IMG/VR virus record: IMGVR_UViG_3300002543_000011
Location: 1-32,547 of that record
Source of the DNA: a virus
Taxonomy: Duplodnaviria > Caudoviricetes
Strand: one strand, 5' to 3'
DNA length: 32,547 nt
Part shown: positions 7,367 through 18,400 of the stretch, piece after piece
Layout of the letters: the number at the start of each line of letters is the position of its first letter
How positions within the stretch are numbered: the stretch's first letter is position 1
The notes under the pieces: generated by a model
The model's database searches: none
What the model saw: only the letters and a program-made list of their open reading frames with translations
Told to the model about the DNA's origin: nothing
Program-made: the position numbers and the translations under genes

Positions 7367-8640
7367 CAGGGCACCGTCGTCTGGATACGGATCGACATGC
7401 CCCAGCGGATCGTGGTCGCGGCTGCACCGGTAATCCGGACCCGGCCCGTTGACGTCGAGTTGTCGATCGTGACGTCCCACGCGGACGAGTCCTCGTCCGT
7501 CGCGTTGTCCCTCACCGCGCCGATCGTGGATACCGTCCCTCCGTCGCGGCGGAACGTGACCGACCGCTTGTAGCTCGCGCCGGCGCCTCCCGTGGACGTG
7601 ATAGCGGTGACGAGGACGTCGACCGTCGTGATCGCCTCGTCGGCGATCGTCCACGTGTACGCGTTGGCTGCGGTCCCGTCCGTCGTCTGGGCCGAGAGAA
7701 TTGTGTCCGTGACGGTGACTTTCCCGTCAGCACTCGTGACCGTCGTGGAGGTGAAGTCGGTGATGACGATGTCGCCCTCGACGGTCAGCGTGCCGTCAAC
7801 CTCGGTATTCGCGTCGAGCGTGATGCCGTTACCGCCGATTATCGTGTGCCGGCTTTGTGTCCCGACGACGAGATCGCCGAGCACGTTGATGCGCATCAAG
7901 CTCTCGCTGCCGAGGCCGTTGGCGGCGATCTGACCGATGATGTTGACTGCCTCGCTCGGACCTTCGCCGCCCGACACTGGGTAGCGAGACAGGCGGATCA
8001 GCCCATCCTCGGGCAATGGATCCTCCGGGTCGCCAAAGGCCAAGTAGGCCCCTAGCGTCGAGTCAATCTGGATCCGCCCCTCGTCGTACGTCAGTACGGG
8101 CGCGCCCTTCGGCCCGACCGCTGACATGTAGATGACCTGGCCGAGGTCGGCGTCGATATCGCTTTCACCGGGCGGCCCTTGCGGCCCCTGCGGCCCCTGC
8201 GGCCCCTCCGGCCCCTGCGGGCCTGGCGGACCCGGCGGTCCTTGTGGACCGCCAGCGCTCCCGAGCCCGCCGAAGAGAACGACGACCGAGCCGTCGGAGT
8301 GCGCGAAACCGACAAGATCATCGACGCCGGCCACGCCACCGCGTCGCAGCTGTCCGTTCGCATCGACATAGACCGTCTGCCCCTCGACGCCGGGACCGAC
8401 CGTGGGCACCACGCTCGCGTCGATGATGCCGACGAACTGGAACGTGAAGGACCGAACCTGGTTCCCGTCTGCCGACGTGCGCGCGAGGCCGGCGCTCTTC
8501 CGTCCGCCGAGCTCCGCGCGCTTCGCGGCAGTCGCAACGTGATACTCGCCACTGTCGTCGCGCACGACAGCGTATCCCGCCGGAATCGACGAAGACGTAG
8601 AGCCCGCGCGCGCGTTCCAGTGGATCGAGTAGTTCTCCAC
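7366..8640 (-). CDS. Collagen-containing fibre protein
   Basis: N-terminal domain resembling capsid fibre/cement proteins, 10 Gly-X-Y triplets, Thr-rich beta C-terminal domain. Confidence 0.75.
   Translation of the reverse strand: MENYSIHWNARAGSTSSSIPAGYAVVRDDSGEYHVATAAKRAELGGRKSAGLARTSADGNQVRSFTFQFVGIIDASVVPTVGPGVEGQTVYVDANGQLRRGGVAGVDDLVGFAHSDGSVVVLFGGLGSAGGPQGPPGPPGPQGPEGPQGPQGPQGPPGESDIDADLGQVIYMSAVGPKGAPVLTYDEGRIQIDSTLGAYLAFGDPEDPLPEDGLIRLSRYPVSGGEGPSEAVNIIGQIAANGLGSESLMRINVLGDLVVGTQSRHTIIGGNGITLDANTEVDGTLTVEGDIVITDFTSTTVTSADGKVTVTDTILSAQTTDGTAANAYTWTIADEAITTVDVLVTAITSTGGAGASYKRSVTFRRDGGTVSTIGAVRDNATDEDSSAWDVTIDNSTSTGRVRITGAAATTIRWGMSIRIQTTVP
8161..8250 (-). repeat. Collagen-like (Gly-X-Y)10 coding repeat
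   Basis: [30 protein letters not shown]. Confidence 0.95.
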
Positions 8641-8707
8641 GCGTCTCGTCGTACGCCTGCGCCGATCGAGCGCGGCTCCGAGCGCATGAAGATGTCGCTT
8701 CTGTCAC
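8640..8707 (-). promoter_or_regulatory. Late-promoter-like module, copy A
   Basis: GTGACA-GAA-GCGACA, N36, GCGTACGACGAG-ACGC, GTG start. Confidence 0.6.
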
Positions 8708-9096
8708 CTGTTCGAGCGCTCGCTCGTTACCCAGATCCGCACCTTGCCGTTCCCCTTGATCGCCAGGTACCGGTGCGCGATCCGGTGCCAGGTCGTGATG
8801 TCGACGAACGTGTTTGCGGGCGCCATCGCTGCCGCGTCCTGCTGGAACGTTGGGCCATCGCCAGCAGCGTCAGCCGCGCTATCGTCCACGGTCATCGACT
8901 GGTCCGGACCGAACTTGAAGTAAAAAGTTGCCTCCGAGATCATGCGCAGGCACATCGTGCCTCCGAGCTCTACGCGTTCCCCTCCGAGGTCGACGGCGCC
9001 GAGATCGTAGACGCGCGACGTGCTGTCGGCCGTGAGGACGACGATCTTTCCCTGAGTCGGAGGCAGGACGTTGTGGGCTCGGTTCATCGCGCTCAT
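8704..9096 (-). CDS. Hypothetical virion protein (130 aa, beta-rich)
   Basis: Position in the structural operon; GAGGT SD. Confidence 0.7.
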   Translation of the reverse strand: MSAMNRAHNVLPPTQGKIVVLTADSTSRVYDLGAVDLGGERVELGGTMCLRMISEATFYFKFGPDQSMTVDDSAADAAGDGPTFQQDAAAMAPANTFVDITTWHRIAHRYLAIKGNGKVRIWVTSERSNR

Positions 9097-9099
9097 GGG

Positions 9100-12051
9100 T
9101 TACCTCGTCTGTTGGAGCTCCTGCGATGCCGTGCGCATCGCCTTCGACTGCGTGTCGCCGACCGGCCTTTGCGGCGGCGGCGACGGCTGGTCGGGGACCG
9201 AGAAGCTCTGTTGCACCGCGCGCATGAAGTCGGGCTCGAGCGTGCGGTTCAGCGGGACGTTGAACATCAGCTCGATCTGGAGCATCTGCGCGTAGTTCAT
9301 GCTGCTCGGGCGCTCGATGCGCTGGCGCACGAACTCGCGTTGCAGCTCCGCGTAGAGAGCCGGATAGACGTTCTTGAGCGCGTCGACCTCCTCGGGCGTG
9401 AGCATGCCGCGGCGCATGCTCTCGATGGCCGTGAGCGGATCGTTGACCACGGCGGCTCGGCGCGCCCACTCGCGCATCTCCGCGTCGGTGTAGAGCGGCG
9501 GCTCCTCGATGCCCCACGCGAGCGCTTCGGGCCGCGGAGCAAAGCCGGGCGGCGAGTGCCGCGCGAGATACTCGACGCCGCGGATCGCCGCGACCGTGAG
9601 CGCCGTCGCGACGTTCGGCGCCGCGCCGTCGAACTGACGCGTGAGCTCGCTGATGCGCGAGAGAAGCTCTTCCTTGTTCCCGGCAAGACGCCGGACCTCT
9701 TTGACCTTCGCCTCGAAGGCCTTGCGTTCGCCGCCTTTGCCGGCGAGCATCTCGACGCTCGCAGGCGGCTTCGGCGGTCCCTTGCGCCCTGAGAGGAAGT
9801 CGCGAACCGCACGCGCGATCTTGCTGTCTGTCTGAGCAGCGATCTTCTCGACCGCCGCCATCTGCGCGATGACGCGCCCGGGCGCCCGCATCGCATTCAG
9901 TGCAGCGCCGGCAAGGCTTCCGAGCACGCCGCCGGGCAGACCAGCGGCGACGGCGCCGACGGCGCCGAACGCTCCCGCGACGCTTCCAGGATCGGGCCCC
10001 TCGAGAAGCGCGCGATACTGGTTCGCGAGCACGAGTGACTTCTCGGCTTTGCCGATCTCCTTCTCGAAGGACGCGGCGGCAGCGCGAACGCGAGCGACCT
10101 CCGCGATCTTGTCCGGCGGCAAGTCGTAGCTCTTCGCGATCGCGTCGGCGAGCTCGCGCGTGCTCGTGACGTAGTCGCGCACGGCATGGTGCGTGAGGTC
10201 GTTGTGCGGGTTCGTGAGCCCACGGATGTACGTCGCGACCTTCGCCGGATCGGCGCCGCGCATCTGGACATAGGGGTTGTTCGGATCGCGACCGACCTCC
10301 GTGGTGAGCGCTCGGTGGAAGCGGTTGGACGCGTCGATCTGCCTCGTCCACGCCGCGTTGATGGTTCGCTGGTCGACGGCGGCCTTGCCCCAGAGCGCCT
10401 CGTCTTCGAGCGCGAGGCGTAGGTCCTGAGCAACGCCATCGAGCCACGCGACCGTGCGTCGAGCGTTCAGCTGGTCGACCGGATCGGCGATGAGTCGAAG
10501 CGACTTGTAGCCCGAGCTCGTGAGGCGCTGGAGACCGCGCTTCAAGTTGTCGAGCGCGATGAAGGCCTCCGCGTTGTCGGCCTCGCCGGCCGTGATGCGC
10601 GCGCGGATGTGCGTGAGACCTCGGTTCCGCGCCTCGGCGATGCGATGAATGCCATCGTCGATGCCCCACGTTCCGTCCGGCCGCAAGCCGAGCTTCACGG
10701 GCGGGAGCTCGATGCCCTGATCCATTGCCTGCCGAATGCGGGAGAGTCGGTCCGCTGAGTAGATGGCGCGCGTCTCAATGCGGTCGAGCGGCACCATCGT
10801 CTCGCCGCCAACGACGGCACGCGCGCGCTCGAGCAGCTTCCTCACCGTGCGCGCGCTCTTCATCATGCTCGGCGCCATCTCTTGCGCGAGCTGCGCCTCG
10901 AGGCCTTCTTCGATGGCGGCGAGCCGCTGTTGGATGGCCGCGCGAACCTCGGCCTCGTTGCCGCGCGCTACCGAGCGCCGTACGTAGTCGGCCTTGAGGC
11001 CGCCGCGCGCTTCGGCGCTGACGAGATCGCCGGCTGCCATGATGTCGTCGATGTGCCTGCGCACCGCACGCTCGGCCTCCTCTTGGATTGCGGGCGCATC
11101 GAAGACGGCAACGCGACGCGCCTCGGCACCCTCGGGCGTGAGGGCCGTGAACTTGGCGATGGCCTCTTCGTCCTTGCCGCTGATGAGTGAGCTTGTGCGC
11201 GCGTACGACTTCTGGATCCGCTCGCCGAGGCCCTCGGGCACGTAACCGAAGTGCCGCTCGGCGATGCTCTCGATGTCCTTCGGTCGCAGCGTACCGATCC
11301 AACGACCGAAGCGGTCTCGAAGTCCGGCGGCCGCCGCGGCGCCGAGATTGATGCCAGCGCCGAGTGCTCCGCCGATGATGGCGCCGTGCCCGATGCCGGC
11401 GAGTACTTTGTTCGCCGTGAGCTCGGTGTCACCTAGTGCGGACTCGTTGACGGCAGCGAGCCCACCGAAGAGCCCGCCTTCCGCGGCGAACCTGCCTGCG
11501 GCTGCCTCGCCGGCGGCACCCACGCGCCCCATGAGTCCGCCGCCGAGCGCGGTGGCGCCGACCATGCCGCCGATCTCGCCGATCGTCGACGCGAGCGGAT
11601 GCTGCTCGTTGTAGCCCCGGAGACGCTCACGGAGCGCGTCGGCGGGCGAGATGTAGCGTTCGCCGCGGTACGGATCGACTTCGTGTCGCCCTTCCGCGAT
11701 GCGTGCGCCCGACTCGGCGAGACCGATGGCGACAGCATCGAAGGGCACGCCGAACGCGCCAGCAAGCCCACGCGCCGCCCCCACGGCGCCGGCCGCAACC
11801 GCGCCGCCCACACCGCCGTAGCGCGCCTCTTGCTGCGCCGCGCGGTACTGCTGCTCCGTCGCGACCGAGGCGCCCTGCTCAAGCGCCGCCGCAGCGTCCG
11901 CAGGGTCGACGACGCCCGCAGGCAGACCAGGCACCTTGACGGGCATGGGCGCGCCCTTCGGGATGCCGTACTGGCCGGAGAGATAGGCTGCCTGGACCTG
12001 ATCGTCCGGGATGTCGACGATGCGGCCGGTCTTCTTCTCGACGAGCTTCAC
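9100..12051 (-). CDS. Large DNA-ejection/internal virion protein with inserted ParB/Srx domain
   Basis: 983 aa, Gly/Ala-rich hydrophobic helices, third of three ejection-type genes; PPVKL...IDDGIHRIAEA segment. Confidence 0.75.
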   Translation of the reverse strand: MKLVEKKTGRIVDIPDDQVQAAYLSGQYGIPKGAPMPVKVPGLPAGVVDPADAAAALEQGASVATEQQYRAAQQEARYGGVGGAVAAGAVGAARGLAGAFGVPFDAVAIGLAESGARIAEGRHEVDPYRGERYISPADALRERLRGYNEQHPLASTIGEIGGMVGATALGGGLMGRVGAAGEAAAGRFAAEGGLFGGLAAVNESALGDTELTANKVLAGIGHGAIIGGALGAGINLGAAAAAGLRDRFGRWIGTLRPKDIESIAERHFGYVPEGLGERIQKSYARTSSLISGKDEEAIAKFTALTPEGAEARRVAVFDAPAIQEEAERAVRRHIDDIMAAGDLVSAEARGGLKADYVRRSVARGNEAEVRAAIQQRLAAIEEGLEAQLAQEMAPSMMKSARTVRKLLERARAVVGGETMVPLDRIETRAIYSADRLSRIRQAMDQGIELPPVKLGLRPDGTWGIDDGIHRIAEARNRGLTHIRARITAGEADNAEAFIALDNLKRGLQRLTSSGYKSLRLIADPVDQLNARRTVAWLDGVAQDLRLALEDEALWGKAAVDQRTINAAWTRQIDASNRFHRALTTEVGRDPNNPYVQMRGADPAKVATYIRGLTNPHNDLTHHAVRDYVTSTRELADAIAKSYDLPPDKIAEVARVRAAAASFEKEIGKAEKSLVLANQYRALLEGPDPGSVAGAFGAVGAVAAGLPGGVLGSLAGAALNAMRAPGRVIAQMAAVEKIAAQTDSKIARAVRDFLSGRKGPPKPPASVEMLAGKGGERKAFEAKVKEVRRLAGNKEELLSRISELTRQFDGAAPNVATALTVAAIRGVEYLARHSPPGFAPRPEALAWGIEEPPLYTDAEMREWARRAAVVNDPLTAIESMRRGMLTPEEVDALKNVYPALYAELQREFVRQRIERPSSMNYAQMLQIELMFNVPLNRTLEPDFMRAVQQSFSVPDQPSPPPQRPVGDTQSKAMRTASQELQQTR

Positions 12052-13847
12052 TTCGCCTCTCGAATGGTGGGCACGGTCGGCTTGTCGGGCGCGATCTGAC
12101 GTCGGCTCGGCGCGCCTCGCTGCACGCTGCCGCCGCGTTGCTCGTAGAGCAAGATGCCTTCAGGGCTCGCGCCGGCCGCGATGTTCGCAGCGCGATGCTG
12201 GAGCATCTGCCGGTACGACTGCACCACGCGTCGAAGCGACGCGGCATCTTTTGCACCTTCGAGCTGCGTGTTCAGCTTCTCAGCCTCGCCCTCCGAGATA
12301 GCACCGCCGAAGAGAGAGTGACCGATCGCGTTCTTGAGCGCTTGAACGGCCTGCCTTGTGGCCACGCCGCGGTTCGAGAGCATCCAGACGGGCAGGCGGC
12401 TCGCGACGGGACCGATACCCTCGATGGGACCGTCGCCGATGGCGTCGATGAGACGATCGATGTCCTTCAGCTGCGAGAGCGCTGCTGGAAGCCCCGCCTT
12501 CTCGTAGGCCTCCGAGAGATACCGAGCATCCGTCTCGGCCTTCTTCGACGGCTGCGCACCGACGGGCTGCGCACCGACGTAGTGCGGCTGCGCCATGACG
12601 TCGTTGCGAATGACGCGGTCTTCGGTGAGCTGCTTGAACTTCGTCGTGCGCTGGATCAGCTCGTCGTCGAGCTTTCCGAGAAGCCGGTTGTACGCAGCGA
12701 GCATGCGAGGGTCGGCGATCGACGGGTCGCCGAGCTCCTTGGCGAGCTCGACCTTCGCTCGTTCGAGATACGCGATGTACGCGGCCTCGCGCGCGACCCG
12801 CTCGTCGCCGTACGCCTGCTTGAGCGCGCCGAGGTAGTTCGTCTCGGTGCGCATTCCGCGCTCGAGCTGCTTCGCCTGTTCGTCCTGCCGACGGATGATC
12901 GTGTCGATCTGGTGCTTCAGCGCAGCGAGACCCTGGTTCTCGCCGCCGCGCGAGGCGAACGCGCCGAGCGCGACAGCGATGGCGCCGAGAAACTGCGCCG
13001 GTCCGCTGCGCATGCCAGCGAGCGGGTCTTCTTGCATCTCGCGGATCCGCGCGCGCATCTCCTCGAGACGAGCCATCGTCGCATCGACCTGCGCTTGGTA
13101 CTTCTGCGCGCGCTCGGTCTCTTCCGATGCGAATTTCTCGGCCGCTTTCTGGTGCTTCTCGAGATAACCTCTCTCGAACGCCGCCGCGCGCTGCCCGGCC
13201 TCGTAATCGAGCTGCGCGGCCTTGTAGCCGCGCTCATTCGCGTTCGCCAGCGCAGCCTCTGCCTCGGGGCCAAGGTCGATGCCTTCGTGGACCTGCCACG
13301 ACTTCGGACGCCGACCGCCCGGGTCGACCATCACGACCCCGGCGCCGCCCGTGCCGACGGGGCTCGTCATCCCCGCACCCTCACCGGGCTCGTAGAACGT
13401 CGCGCCTTCGAGATTCTTGCGCCGCTCGTCCTCGTCGAGCGCCTCTTTCACGTTCTCCAGCGTCTTCTCGCTCGCCTCGGCGACACGCATGGCTTGCGCC
13501 ATCGCGCTCGGCGAGAGTTGCGCGGGCTGCTGCGACGCCGCGACGTTGTCGCCCGTCGCGAGCGGGATGCGCGGACGAGCGGGCGTCCCGAGGTTCGTGC
13601 GCGGAGGGTCGGCGAGCGACACGCCCGCCGTCGACGGCGCCTGGAGCGTCGCACCTTCGTACGACGGCCTCGGCGGCGTCGGCACCGGAGGGGCCGGAGC
13701 AGCGGGCGCCTGCGGCATGTACTGCTGTAGCGTCGCATCCTCGTAGGAGGACGGTGCCGGAGGCAGCCCGGCTGCCTGTCGCCAGTCGGGGATGCGACTG
13801 AGCGGGATGCCGAGCCTCTTGGCCAGCGCGTCGTACGGGTCGGCCAT
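12048..13847 (-). CDS. DNA-ejection/internal virion protein (coiled coil)
   Basis: 599 aa, Pro-rich N-terminus, long coiled coils, hydrophobic LGAIAVALGAF segment; synteny. Confidence 0.7.
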   Translation of the reverse strand: MADPYDALAKRLGIPLSRIPDWRQAAGLPPAPSSYEDATLQQYMPQAPAAPAPPVPTPPRPSYEGATLQAPSTAGVSLADPPRTNLGTPARPRIPLATGDNVAASQQPAQLSPSAMAQAMRVAEASEKTLENVKEALDEDERRKNLEGATFYEPGEGAGMTSPVGTGGAGVVMVDPGGRRPKSWQVHEGIDLGPEAEAALANANERGYKAAQLDYEAGQRAAAFERGYLEKHQKAAEKFASEETERAQKYQAQVDATMARLEEMRARIREMQEDPLAGMRSGPAQFLGAIAVALGAFASRGGENQGLAALKHQIDTIIRRQDEQAKQLERGMRTETNYLGALKQAYGDERVAREAAYIAYLERAKVELAKELGDPSIADPRMLAAYNRLLGKLDDELIQRTTKFKQLTEDRVIRNDVMAQPHYVGAQPVGAQPSKKAETDARYLSEAYEKAGLPAALSQLKDIDRLIDAIGDGPIEGIGPVASRLPVWMLSNRGVATRQAVQALKNAIGHSLFGGAISEGEAEKLNTQLEGAKDAASLRRVVQSYRQMLQHRAANIAAGASPEGILLYEQRGGSVQRGAPSRRQIAPDKPTVPTIREAK

Positions 13848-15418
13848 CAGAACCTCCCGGGCGTGTAGATCTGCGACTTGAGCTCGTCGATCTGGCGCTG
13901 GAGATGCGCGATGCCCGCCGACTGGAGCTTCTGGAGCTTGTCGCGATCGAGCGCGAGAAGACCTGTCTGCGGGTCTCGCGTTACCGCCGTGGCCGCGATC
14001 GGGTCCTGCACCATCGTCTGCGCCATCGGCCCGACGTTCGGCTCGCCGGGCGCTTGACCCGCTGCGGCCGCAAACTCGGGGCGGTACGTGTAGAGGCTGC
14101 CCGCCTGCGCGCGGTTCGCTGCGCTCATCGGATCGTTGTTCGGCGAGACCGCGGGCCCCGCGGCCATCCGCGCCTCATGCTCAGAGCGCATTTGGCGGTC
14201 GAGCTCCGCGGCCGCGCGAAGAAGCTCCTCGTACGTCATCTCGCGCGGCTTGGCGCGCTTCGACTTCGGCTCGGCGGATCGCCCGGGCCGCTCGCGAAGA
14301 TGCGCCGGCCGCGACGGACCAGCGAGCGACGCGCGCCCATCGTCGGGCGCGGGCTCGACAACGAGAAAGGCTCGGCCCTCGGGGCTCTGATGAAGCTGCA
14401 TCCCCGGCGGCTCGTAGAGCGGCACCACGTCGACCTTCGCGCGCTCGTCGCTGTACGGATACTTCGCGCGCGCGTCGCTCGAGATGGGGGCGTAGGCCTC
14501 CTTTGCGCGGATGTCCGAGAAAATGCCGCCGAGAAATCCGAAGAGGCCGCCACCAAGGCCAGCCGCATCCTTGACCCGACCCCACTCCTGGTCTTCGGTG
14601 CGGAGCTTGAGATCGCGCCGACGCGCCTCGGCCTCAGCGACATCTCGCGCGCGCTGGATCTGCGCATCCTGCTCCTGCTTCCTCGTCCGCCAACCCAGCT
14701 CCTCGTAGAACTGCTGGTTCGCCATGTCGCGAGCCATCTGATCCGCCTGGAGCTGTGCTTGAGAGGTCGCAAGGCCGATGTCCTGCCCGCGGATGCCGCC
14801 GGCCGCGGCCGTGTACGCGCCGGCCTGCTGTCCGAGGTTCGCCGTCGATGCGATGTATTGGTCGCGCGCGCGCGCCATCTCGTCGGCACGGAGCGCAGCG
14901 AGGTCGCGAGCGCCGGCCTGCTGCATCTGCGCGCCTTGGAACGCAGCTTGGCGCTGCGCCCCCGTGATCGCCGACGGACCGCCACGGGCGCTCGCCGCCA
15001 TCGCCATCTGCGACGCGATCGAATCGTCGATCATCCGCTGGCCGTAGATCTCGGCCGCGCTCGGAGCCTGCCCGAGCGCTGCGGTGCGCGCGACGGCCAT
15101 TGCGTCCCTCGCGCCTTCGATGCCCGCCTGTTGATAGCCGAGACCGTGGTACTGAGACGCCCGGGCCTGGTCCGACTGTCGACGATCGATCCACGGCGCC
15201 GACGTGCGGGCCGCGCCCATCTGACGGTAGCGCTCGACGTCGAGGTCGGCGCCGCTCGTGCCAGGGACAGGATTCCCGTTGCGCTGCGCGTGCGCCTTGC
15301 GCCCCCAGAGGTAGGAAGACTCGTTCTGTAGCCAGCTACCGAACGGGTCACCCGTGTACGCATAGCCCTCGTTGTCGGGAGGGAGCATCGGGGGTGCAAA
15401 GAGCTCTTCGCCGGCCAT
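13847..15418 (-). CDS. Pilot/ejection protein with C-terminal Peptidase_S74-like chaperone
   Basis: Gln/Ala-rich body, Gly-rich hydrophobic stretch, SDxRxK motifs, YTY...GPMAQ...V...G and a terminal coiled coil. Confidence 0.75.
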   Translation of the reverse strand: MAGEELFAPPMLPPDNEGYAYTGDPFGSWLQNESSYLWGRKAHAQRNGNPVPGTSGADLDVERYRQMGAARTSAPWIDRRQSDQARASQYHGLGYQQAGIEGARDAMAVARTAALGQAPSAAEIYGQRMIDDSIASQMAMAASARGGPSAITGAQRQAAFQGAQMQQAGARDLAALRADEMARARDQYIASTANLGQQAGAYTAAAGGIRGQDIGLATSQAQLQADQMARDMANQQFYEELGWRTRKQEQDAQIQRARDVAEAEARRRDLKLRTEDQEWGRVKDAAGLGGGLFGFLGGIFSDIRAKEAYAPISSDARAKYPYSDERAKVDVVPLYEPPGMQLHQSPEGRAFLVVEPAPDDGRASLAGPSRPAHLRERPGRSAEPKSKRAKPREMTYEELLRAAAELDRQMRSEHEARMAAGPAVSPNNDPMSAANRAQAGSLYTYRPEFAAAAGQAPGEPNVGPMAQTMVQDPIAATAVTRDPQTGLLALDRDKLQKLQSAGIAHLQRQIDELKSQIYTPGRF

Positions 15419-15421
15419 GGG

Positions 15422-18400
15422 TCACACCTTGGAGTGTCGGGCTCCGTGACGAGGCAGACCGGGCCGAGGAATGAGCTCGAGACCGATCGCGCTCCAGGAT
15501 CCTCCCTTCCCCGAGTCGACCGGGTAGCTCGTCGGGCTCGTGGGTGTCGCATCTGTCACTCGGACGCGGATGGCCTTGCACTTCGGGCTCGCGCCGTTCT
15601 GGCTGCCGACGCGCACCGTCGGACAGTCGTTGTTCGTCACGACCATCTCGGCCGGGAACGTGAAGTCCTGAGAGAAGGTCGGCCGATCGTCGAACGCGAG
15701 ACGGAGCCGCAGGTCGTGATGCGTGTGTCGCTCGCCGAGGAGCTGGATCCGTCGCACGTGCTGCCATGCGATCGGCCCCGAGGGCCGCAGCATCGCTTCG
15801 AGCTCGAGCGTGACCCAATACTCGCCGCGGTCGAGATGCGTCTCGTCGCTCTCGCGCACGAGCGCGTCGGCGGCCGTCATGTAGAGCGCACCGCCAGCAA
15901 CGACGCTCGAGCGCACGAGCGCGTTCGGTTGCTCGCCGTCGTGGTAGTCCCACACGGACCAGAAGCCGTGCGCATAGTCGTAGACGAGCACAACGCCGGC
16001 CGTGCCTTCCGCGTTCGCCATCGAGTAGCGCACCTGGCTTCGGTGCGGCACGATCCGCGCGTCGAGCACGATGGGATAGGCCTCGACGTGGTCGCGCACC
16101 GGCTGACCGATCCACTGGAGCTCGAGCCCGCGCGTGAGCAGGTAGATACCGCGCGCGCTCTGAAACATGATGCCCGCTGGAACCTCGACGATGCTTCGCT
16201 CGTTGATGCACCCGGCGTCGCTCTGCACCGTCGTCGGCGACGTCCACGCGCCCGCGCCCGCCGCGCTCGGCCCTTCGCCGAAGACGACATGGATCGACGA
16301 GTCGCTGAACGCCACGAGCTTGTCGTCCAGCGACGCGAGCGCCACGACCTCGTCCTCGAACACGATGCGCAGAGCCTCGTGGAAACCAGGGAACACCGTC
16401 GGGTCCTCGAGAAAGACCTTCGAGGCCCAGACCGTGCGCTGGTCGCCGGCGATGCCGAAGAGACGGCCCTGGTGCACGATCCATCCGTGGCACGACGGCG
16501 GAATCACTTCGTCGAGAATGCCACCCGTCGTGTAGAGGAGCGGCTGCGTGCCGAGATCGCGACCGGTACCGCCGACCGAAGTGTCCGCACTCGTGTCGAT
16601 CCACGTCACGGAGTCGATCGAGACGGAATTGGTGACGATAGCGTTTCCGCCCGAGCCGGTCGGGCTCGGCTCGATCGCCATCCGATAGAACGTCGTTCCG
16701 CCCTTCTTTGTGCGGTACGGAACGATCATCACCGGCGTCGGATTCGCCGAAAGCCCCGTGCGCGGGTCGGTCTTCCCCGTCGTCGCCGCCGTCTCGATCT
16801 TGAACTCGACGGAGCCACTCGACGAGACCGTGACCTTGATCGGCTGACACGGAGCGCTGCGATGCAGTAGCCCCGTGCCAGGGTCCTTCCACTCGTAGAC
16901 GAACGTGTAAAGGTAGTCGCCGGCATCCATGTTGCCGTCGGTTCCCGGCGTCGCCGCAATGACGCGCGGCGGGTGAAGATGCCCGATCTCGAACGCTCGG
17001 CGACCGTCGTAGTACGTACAAACGCCGGCACCGATGACGAGCCCACGACCGAGCGACGCGCTCGACCACGTGTCCTCGCGCTCGAACGTGATGAGCCGCA
17101 GAGCGGATCGACCTGGCGAGAGCAGGAGCGAGCCCGCGTAGGCCTTGCCGTTGACGACAGGCACGTTGCAGAGCTGCGCTCGTCGCAGCCCCTCACTTTC
17201 GCGCGGATCGATGACAGCTACGAGACGGTGTGGGTAGTACAGACCATCCTCTTCCTCTTCGGTCGTTCCCACCTCCACGGCAAAGACGGTGTTCTGCTGC
17301 ACGCGCGCGCCGTTCGGCAAGATGACTGGAGGTCGGACGCTCGAGAGCAACGCGTAGGCGCGTCCGTCGATCACGAAGACGCGCGAAGCGAGCCGCGCCC
17401 ACCGAGTCTCGCGAATCGCGTCGCCGAGCATGTTGCCGCCATCGTCGATGAGGACGGACTTCGTGAGCTGTGTGTCCGTCGGAAGCCATGAATCGACGCC
17501 GAGGTAAGTTATGGCGCCGGACGTGAACATGACCACGGCGGTCGTCTCCGTGAGACGCGCAACAGAGACTTGCGTGTAGCGCTCCGTACCGAAGTCGAAC
17601 AGCGCCGGCCCGATGATCTGCTCGAGCGTGTCGGGGTCGTGAATCGCCCCCCAGACCTCGTAGAGCGGAGTCACATCGTCTGCCGTGGCAAACGCGACGT
17701 AGATCCGCTCGTCGGGCGTGGCTGAGAGCGAAACAGCATTCACGCTCGCAGCGCTGGCAAGAACCTCCTCTGACGCAAGAGCCGAAAGGTCCGCGTCGAA
17801 CGTCGCGAGCACGAGCTCGTCGTTCGTGGTCTTGTAGGCAACGGCGATGTCGTCGCCGTGATGAACGAGATCCCAGATCGGAAGCGAGCTCGCTTTCACG
17901 TCGGCAAGCAGCGACGTCGGCGTCACGTCGAGAAAATCGGAACTCTGAACGTCCGTCGTGAGGTCGACCGCCACGACCTTCAGATTCGAGTCGTTCCCCT
18001 CCTGCCAGAAGACGAGAATCGTTGTTCCTTTGAGCAGCACGCGGAAATGGCGCACGCCGTTGCTGAAGATGGCCGGCAGGTAGCACGGCGGAACGACGAC
18101 GCCGCCCGTAGTCGCGTCCTCGACTTGGAGGAAGAGTCTACGCGAAGAGTCGCACGTCCACGCGATCGCGACGTAGGACTCGCTCGCATCGACGTCGGCG
18201 GCGATGACCGACATCCCCGAGTCGGTGACCGTACGCCACGTCGCTCGGAGCGCGTTCATGCGCTGGATCCGCTTCCACGCTTGGTTCGCTGGCACGTACG
18301 AAAAGAGATCGAGACCGTCCGTCGTGAGCAGCTCGCCGCCGCGTGCCCAGACCTTCTGGAGCGTGCCGAGCTCCTCGTCGCTGCCGAGGATGGCGCGCGG

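Noticed and set aside
8641-8707. GTGA-initiated leader peptides with a programmed frameshift into downstream genes at the three motif copies
   Set aside because: The required shift differs between copies (67 versus 68 nt) and the peptides are not conserved; a DNA-level motif is more parsimonious
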